Virus record (IMG/VR): IMGVR_UViG_3300020042_006582
Span: 1-37,563 of that record
Origin: a virus
Taxonomy: Duplodnaviria > Caudoviricetes
Length of the DNA stretch: 37,563 bases
Reading direction: 5' to 3' (one strand)
The notes beneath the pieces were generated by a model. The model was given only the letters and a program-made list of their open reading frames with translations. It searched no databases and was not told the origin of the DNA. The position numbers and the translations under genes were made by a program. Below are positions 34,641 through 37,563 of this stretch, piece after piece (positions within the stretch are counted from its first letter, which is position 1; each line of letters opens with the position of its first letter).

Positions 34641-34922
34641 TTAATTTAAAACTACCCAATCTTCTGCTAAAGAATCACTTCCACTAGGCGACCAAGTTGC
34701 AACATCTTCCTGTGCTGTTTTTAAAGCCCAATATTCTCGATAAGGAACTAAATTTTCTCCCCAATACTCTTTTGCTACTCCTGTTTGTGCAGGATAAGAA
34801 TTTGCAGGTACAATATATACGAACATTCCTGAACCATTCCAACCTACTCTTGCTACTTTTTTGCCTTGTTTTGCAAATCTAATTGCTTCTCCAAAATCAA
34901 AAGTTTTTTTGTCTTCTGTCAT
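34641..34922 (-). CDS. Tad2-like (DUF2829) protein, putative anti-Thoeris signal sponge (93 aa)
   Basis: Signature FGEAI...GKKVARVGWNGSGMFV...ALKTAQ...WSPSGSDSLAEDW. Confidence 0.85.
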   Translation of the reverse strand: MTEDKKTFDFGEAIRFAKQGKKVARVGWNGSGMFVYIVPANSYPAQTGVAKEYWGENLVPYREYWALKTAQEDVATWSPSGSDSLAEDWVVLN

Positions 34923-34927
34923 AATAT

Positions 34928-35710
34928 TTATTTAATTTGATTAATACTCACTTGTTTTTTGTCTCCTGATAGGTAGCTTTCCGTTTCTTGATTCATTTTT
35001 ACGAACTCAATCTCTAATTCCTTTGGAAACACTCCTTTGTAATTTCTCTCTTTTAGCGTATTCAGTTTTGCAATAATTTTGTAAATCTCGCAAATCATTC
35101 TACACATTGGAATAGTTAGTTTATACATATTAGTTCCATACGATTTTACTTCTCCGGAACAAATTGCTTTTTTGTGATTTAATATTTCAGAAACATATCC
35201 GTTATTCCTAAATCTTTTTAGGTAATTTGCCGAAGTTCCTGCGTTCAAAACACAAATGTTATTAAAACTATTCGGATCAATTATTTTATTGTTGTAAAAT
35301 GCCATACAGATTTCTATATCTACTTTTCGAACTCCGTATTTTACAGAAAAGAAATTTAAAACTATTCCGTAATATGATAAGAAATCGAATTGTTTTTCTG
35401 TGAAATCTACCCAAATTACTTCGTTAAATCTTTTGTCTCTTTTTAATGAAGCTTCTCTGGAAATTCTATGCACTTTAATAACGTACTTTTTTTGATTAAT
35501 TATTCGCTGAATTTGTTTTTCAGTCATTAATCTGTATTTCCTGATTCTGTTTTCCCACGCTTTCATAGTTTCGTGTGGGCGAACCTTTTTCATTTCAATT
35601 CTTCGTTTTATCCTTTTTTCAGTAAGTTTAGCTTCATGGTTAATTCGCTTAACTTCGTCAGGAGTTCTCTTCATTCCTGTAAATTTCTTTCTATAATCTG
35701 AAACTGGCAT
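34928..35710 (-). CDS. Basic hypothetical protein with a possible C-terminal winged-helix domain (260 aa)
   Basis: Arg/Lys-rich N-terminal half; C-terminal helices followed by LKRFRNNGYV...MYKLT, a wHTH-like pattern. Confidence 0.5.
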   Translation of the reverse strand: MPVSDYRKKFTGMKRTPDEVKRINHEAKLTEKRIKRRIEMKKVRPHETMKAWENRIRKYRLMTEKQIQRIINQKKYVIKVHRISREASLKRDKRFNEVIWVDFTEKQFDFLSYYGIVLNFFSVKYGVRKVDIEICMAFYNNKIIDPNSFNNICVLNAGTSANYLKRFRNNGYVSEILNHKKAICSGEVKSYGTNMYKLTIPMCRMICEIYKIIAKLNTLKERNYKGVFPKELEIEFVKMNQETESYLSGDKKQVSINQIK

Positions 35711-35711
35711 A

Positions 35712-35870
35712 TTATTTAGATAAATTTTTACAACTAAAGTCTTTTAAAGTATTATTTTCAGGAGAAAACATTTTTTGGTTTCCTCGTGGAGTTCCATCGT
35801 GTTTTGCTCTTGTATATCGGACGCATTTATGGTTTTTTACGCATTTATGGTTACAGCAGTCGATTTTCAT
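35712..35870 (-). CDS. Small Cys/His-rich protein (52 aa), not in ORF track
   Basis: MKIDCCNHKCVKNHKCVRYTRAKHDGTPRGNQKMFSPENNTLKDFSCKNLSK*; ATGA-coupled to the upstream gene, ends 1 nt before the next ATG. Confidence 0.6.
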   Translation of the reverse strand: MKIDCCNHKCVKNHKCVRYTRAKHDGTPRGNQKMFSPENNTLKDFSCKNLSK

Positions 35871-36175
35871 AAGTTATTTATTAGTCGAGTATATAATTGT
35901 TCAAAAGTTTCCGTTTCTCTTCCTTCTTGTGTTGGTTTTCCAAACTCTAAGTAAAACATATAGTGTGAAATTTCGCAAAATCCATCTTCATCTACAGGAA
36001 AATACTCTTGCAATAGTTTTACGCATGATTTAATCACTCTATTGTTATTGTAGGAGCAAGTGCCTTCAAGGTTTGAACCGCTACTTACGTAGAAAAATGA
36101 GCCAATCTCTTTATCCTGATTCATTTGAATCATTATGCTCTCCAAAACTTCACAAAATAATTTTTTTGAAATCAC
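35867..36175 (-). CDS. Hypothetical protein (102 aa)
   Basis: GTG start; ISHYMFYLEFGK...ETFEQLYTRL pattern seen in phage hypotheticals. Confidence 0.6.
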   Translation of the reverse strand: MISKKLFCEVLESIMIQMNQDKEIGSFFYVSSGSNLEGTCSYNNNRVIKSCVKLLQEYFPVDEDGFCEISHYMFYLEFGKPTQEGRETETFEQLYTRLINNL

Positions 36176-36382
36176 TATAAAACTGTTTAAGTTAAAAAAA
36201 ATTGGTTTACTTTGAACTCCAAAAAAGTCAGATTATACACGTAATTGCAGGAAAATATGAAATTTAACTTTATCCGTCCTGCTTTGAAATCTATCTTATG
36301 TGCCGTTGACAATTAAAATCAGTAATTGTTCATTCATCGAATAAAGCTCACTTTTATATTTTGACGGATTCCCCGTAATCTC

Positions 36383-36499
36383 TTAACAATTTAATAAGCA
36401 AGTAATTGCTATGCAAGCAAATATAAGTAAAATTCCAATAAAATTATACCATGATTGAGATTTTATTCTTTCTTGCTCTTCTTTCGGTAGTTTTGCCAT
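36383..36499 (-). CDS. Small single-pass membrane peptide (38 aa)
   Basis: MAKLPKEEQERIKSQSWYNFIGILLIFACIAITCLLNC*; starts 2 nt after the upstream stop. Confidence 0.5.
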   Translation of the reverse strand: MAKLPKEEQERIKSQSWYNFIGILLIFACIAITCLLNC

Positions 36500-36501
36500 G
36501 A

Positions 36502-36651
36502 TTATAAGTTTTTTTTAGTTCTTGGAATAATATTTTTATTTTTTTTATAAAAACTTTTAGGTATCGGATTGCTTTTTACTGATTCCTTAAATGTTGGTTC
36601 TATTCCTAGCGTTACTTGTAAACCTAGTATGTGGTGGTAATAGAATTTCAT
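36502..36651 (-). CDS. Small basic hypothetical protein (49 aa)
   Basis: MKFYYHHILGLQVTLGIEPTFKESVKSNPIPKSFYKKNKNIIPRTKKNL*; TAATG overlap with the upstream ORF. Confidence 0.45.
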   Translation of the reverse strand: MKFYYHHILGLQVTLGIEPTFKESVKSNPIPKSFYKKNKNIIPRTKKNL

Positions 36652-36749
36652 TAGTGATTATCGTTATAGTTAATTAAATAATAGTAAAGTCGGATAAAAA
36701 GGCTTCTTATAATCTCGTAAAATAGCCAAATTAAGATGTATTCCCACAT
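36651..36749 (-). CDS. Small hydrophobic peptide (32 aa)
   Basis: MWEYILIWLFYEIIRSLFIRLYYYLINYNDNH*; starts 4 nt after the RusA-like stop. Confidence 0.45.
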   Translation of the reverse strand: MWEYILIWLFYEIIRSLFIRLYYYLINYNDNH

Positions 36750-36753
36750 AGTT

Positions 36754-37089
36754 TTAAGTTTTAGTTAGTGTTTTGATTTCAAATTTAATGTATTCTTTTC
36801 CTTTTGGCACTTTTTCAGTTGTAACAATTCCTTTTTTTATGAGTTTATCGTTAAATTTATACTTTTTTGATAAAATATCTTGGAATGGTTTTATTGGGTT
36901 GTCCCAATCAGAAGCATCGGAACTAAAACCAAATTCCAAATGTAATTCGTATGGGCTTTCTGGAATTTTATAGTCTTTAGGTAAAATCTGCAATAAAACT
37001 CTCTCATAAATTTTATAAGAATCTGTCTTAAAGCGTTTTCCTTTCCAAACTTCATTAACTGATAATGGTTTTATGTCTATTCTAATCAT
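36754..37089 (-). CDS. rusA: RusA-like Holliday junction resolvase (111 aa)
   Basis: KPLSVN N-terminal motif, catalytic DWDNPIKPFQDIL, and FNDKLI. Confidence 0.8.
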   Translation of the reverse strand: MIRIDIKPLSVNEVWKGKRFKTDSYKIYERVLLQILPKDYKIPESPYELHLEFGFSSDASDWDNPIKPFQDILSKKYKFNDKLIKKGIVTTEKVPKGKEYIKFEIKTLTKT

Positions 37090-37513
37090 CTGTAAGTCTA
37101 TTTAGGCTGTAGCCGTTTTCTTTAGCCCAAATCGGGTTTTCTTCGACAAATTTATGCCCTTCTCTACTTAATGCCTTCCAAAATCGCTTATCTAGCAACA
37201 AACTACCTATTCTCCCTTTCATGTGATGAACGTCCGTAGTTGGTTGATTCGTAATTGGACAAATTCTATTCTCAGGAAGTTGCAAAAACTTGATTCTCTC
37301 AGAATTGTAGATAATGTTTTCCAAAGCACGTTTATCCGAAACTTTTTTAATAGGTTTCATTTTGGATAATTGCAAATTAGGCTTTTTCTGTCTCTCTTTG
37401 AGTTTTTCTTCCTTGTATTTGTTTTCGGCTTCCGTGCATGATGTTGAACCGCAAAACTTATCAAGGAAATATCTTGGCTCAAACTTTTCTCGGCAATTTA
37501 AACAACGTGGCAT
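37082..37513 (-). CDS. NinG/HNH-like protein with an N-terminal zinc finger (143 aa)
   Basis: N-terminal CLNC...FCGSTSC; C-terminal CPITNQPTTDVHHMKGR...ALSREGHKFVEENP HNH-like motif; adjacent to the RusA-like gene. Confidence 0.65.
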   Translation of the reverse strand: MPRCLNCREKFEPRYFLDKFCGSTSCTEAENKYKEEKLKERQKKPNLQLSKMKPIKKVSDKRALENIIYNSERIKFLQLPENRICPITNQPTTDVHHMKGRIGSLLLDKRFWKALSREGHKFVEENPIWAKENGYSLNRLTDD

Positions 37514-37563
37514 AGGCTATTTTATTTCTCTCATGTGAATTTCAGTTTTTGCCATATCATTTC

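Noticed and set aside
36180-36382. tRNA gene in the non-coding gap
   Set aside because: No cloverleaf with a T-loop GTTCRA and acceptor stem could be identified.
2284-37538. Other short plus-strand ORFs in the track (e.g. 4251, 5057, 8912, 13834, 15521, 21608, 27082, 30903, 33921, 36773, 37314)
   Set aside because: All overlap well-supported minus-strand genes and most have shadow-frame composition; only groEL and groES are credible on plus.
1-37563. Stop-codon reassignment as in some crAss-like phages
   Set aside because: Genes are full-length and densely packed under the standard code; TAG and TGA both end genes at sensible boundaries; no suppressor tRNA seen.
37517-37563. 3' end of another minus-strand ORF (...NDMAKTEIHMREIK*)
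   Set aside because: Only about 15 codons are visible; too little to assign.

Overview
AT-rich (about 30% GC by eye) segment of a large podovirus-type bacteriophage, most likely a Crassvirales-related phage of a Flavobacterium-like Bacteroidota host. Host inference rests on TAnnTTTG promoters and A-rich, Shine-Dalgarno-less start regions. Almost all genes lie on the minus strand. In transcription order (right to left) they are: a NinG/HNH-like gene, a RusA-like resolvase and small ORFs; an adjacent pair of putative anti-defence nucleotide sponges (Tad2/DUF2829-like and Acb2/Tad1-like); an inverted plus-strand groEL-groES operon; tail fibre/spike genes including an SGNH hydrolase; a membrane-protein-rich lysis cassette with an M15 endolysin; a double GroES-like protein; a large terminase with an extra N-terminal helical region; portal, scaffold, major capsid, ring/adaptor proteins, tail nozzle, a GNAT-like protein, and internal virion proteins (the last runs off the left edge). 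Most notable hidden signals: (1) a 37-aa ORF missing from the ORF track that copies an internal segment of the terminase (possible decoy/mimic); (2) the tandem sponge pair; (3) a three-component phage chaperonin set; (4) an A10 slippery run with an aromatic-rich -1 frame near the start of the largest virion gene; (5) repeated promoter and start-site motifs. All product calls come from motif recognition and synteny, not database searches.
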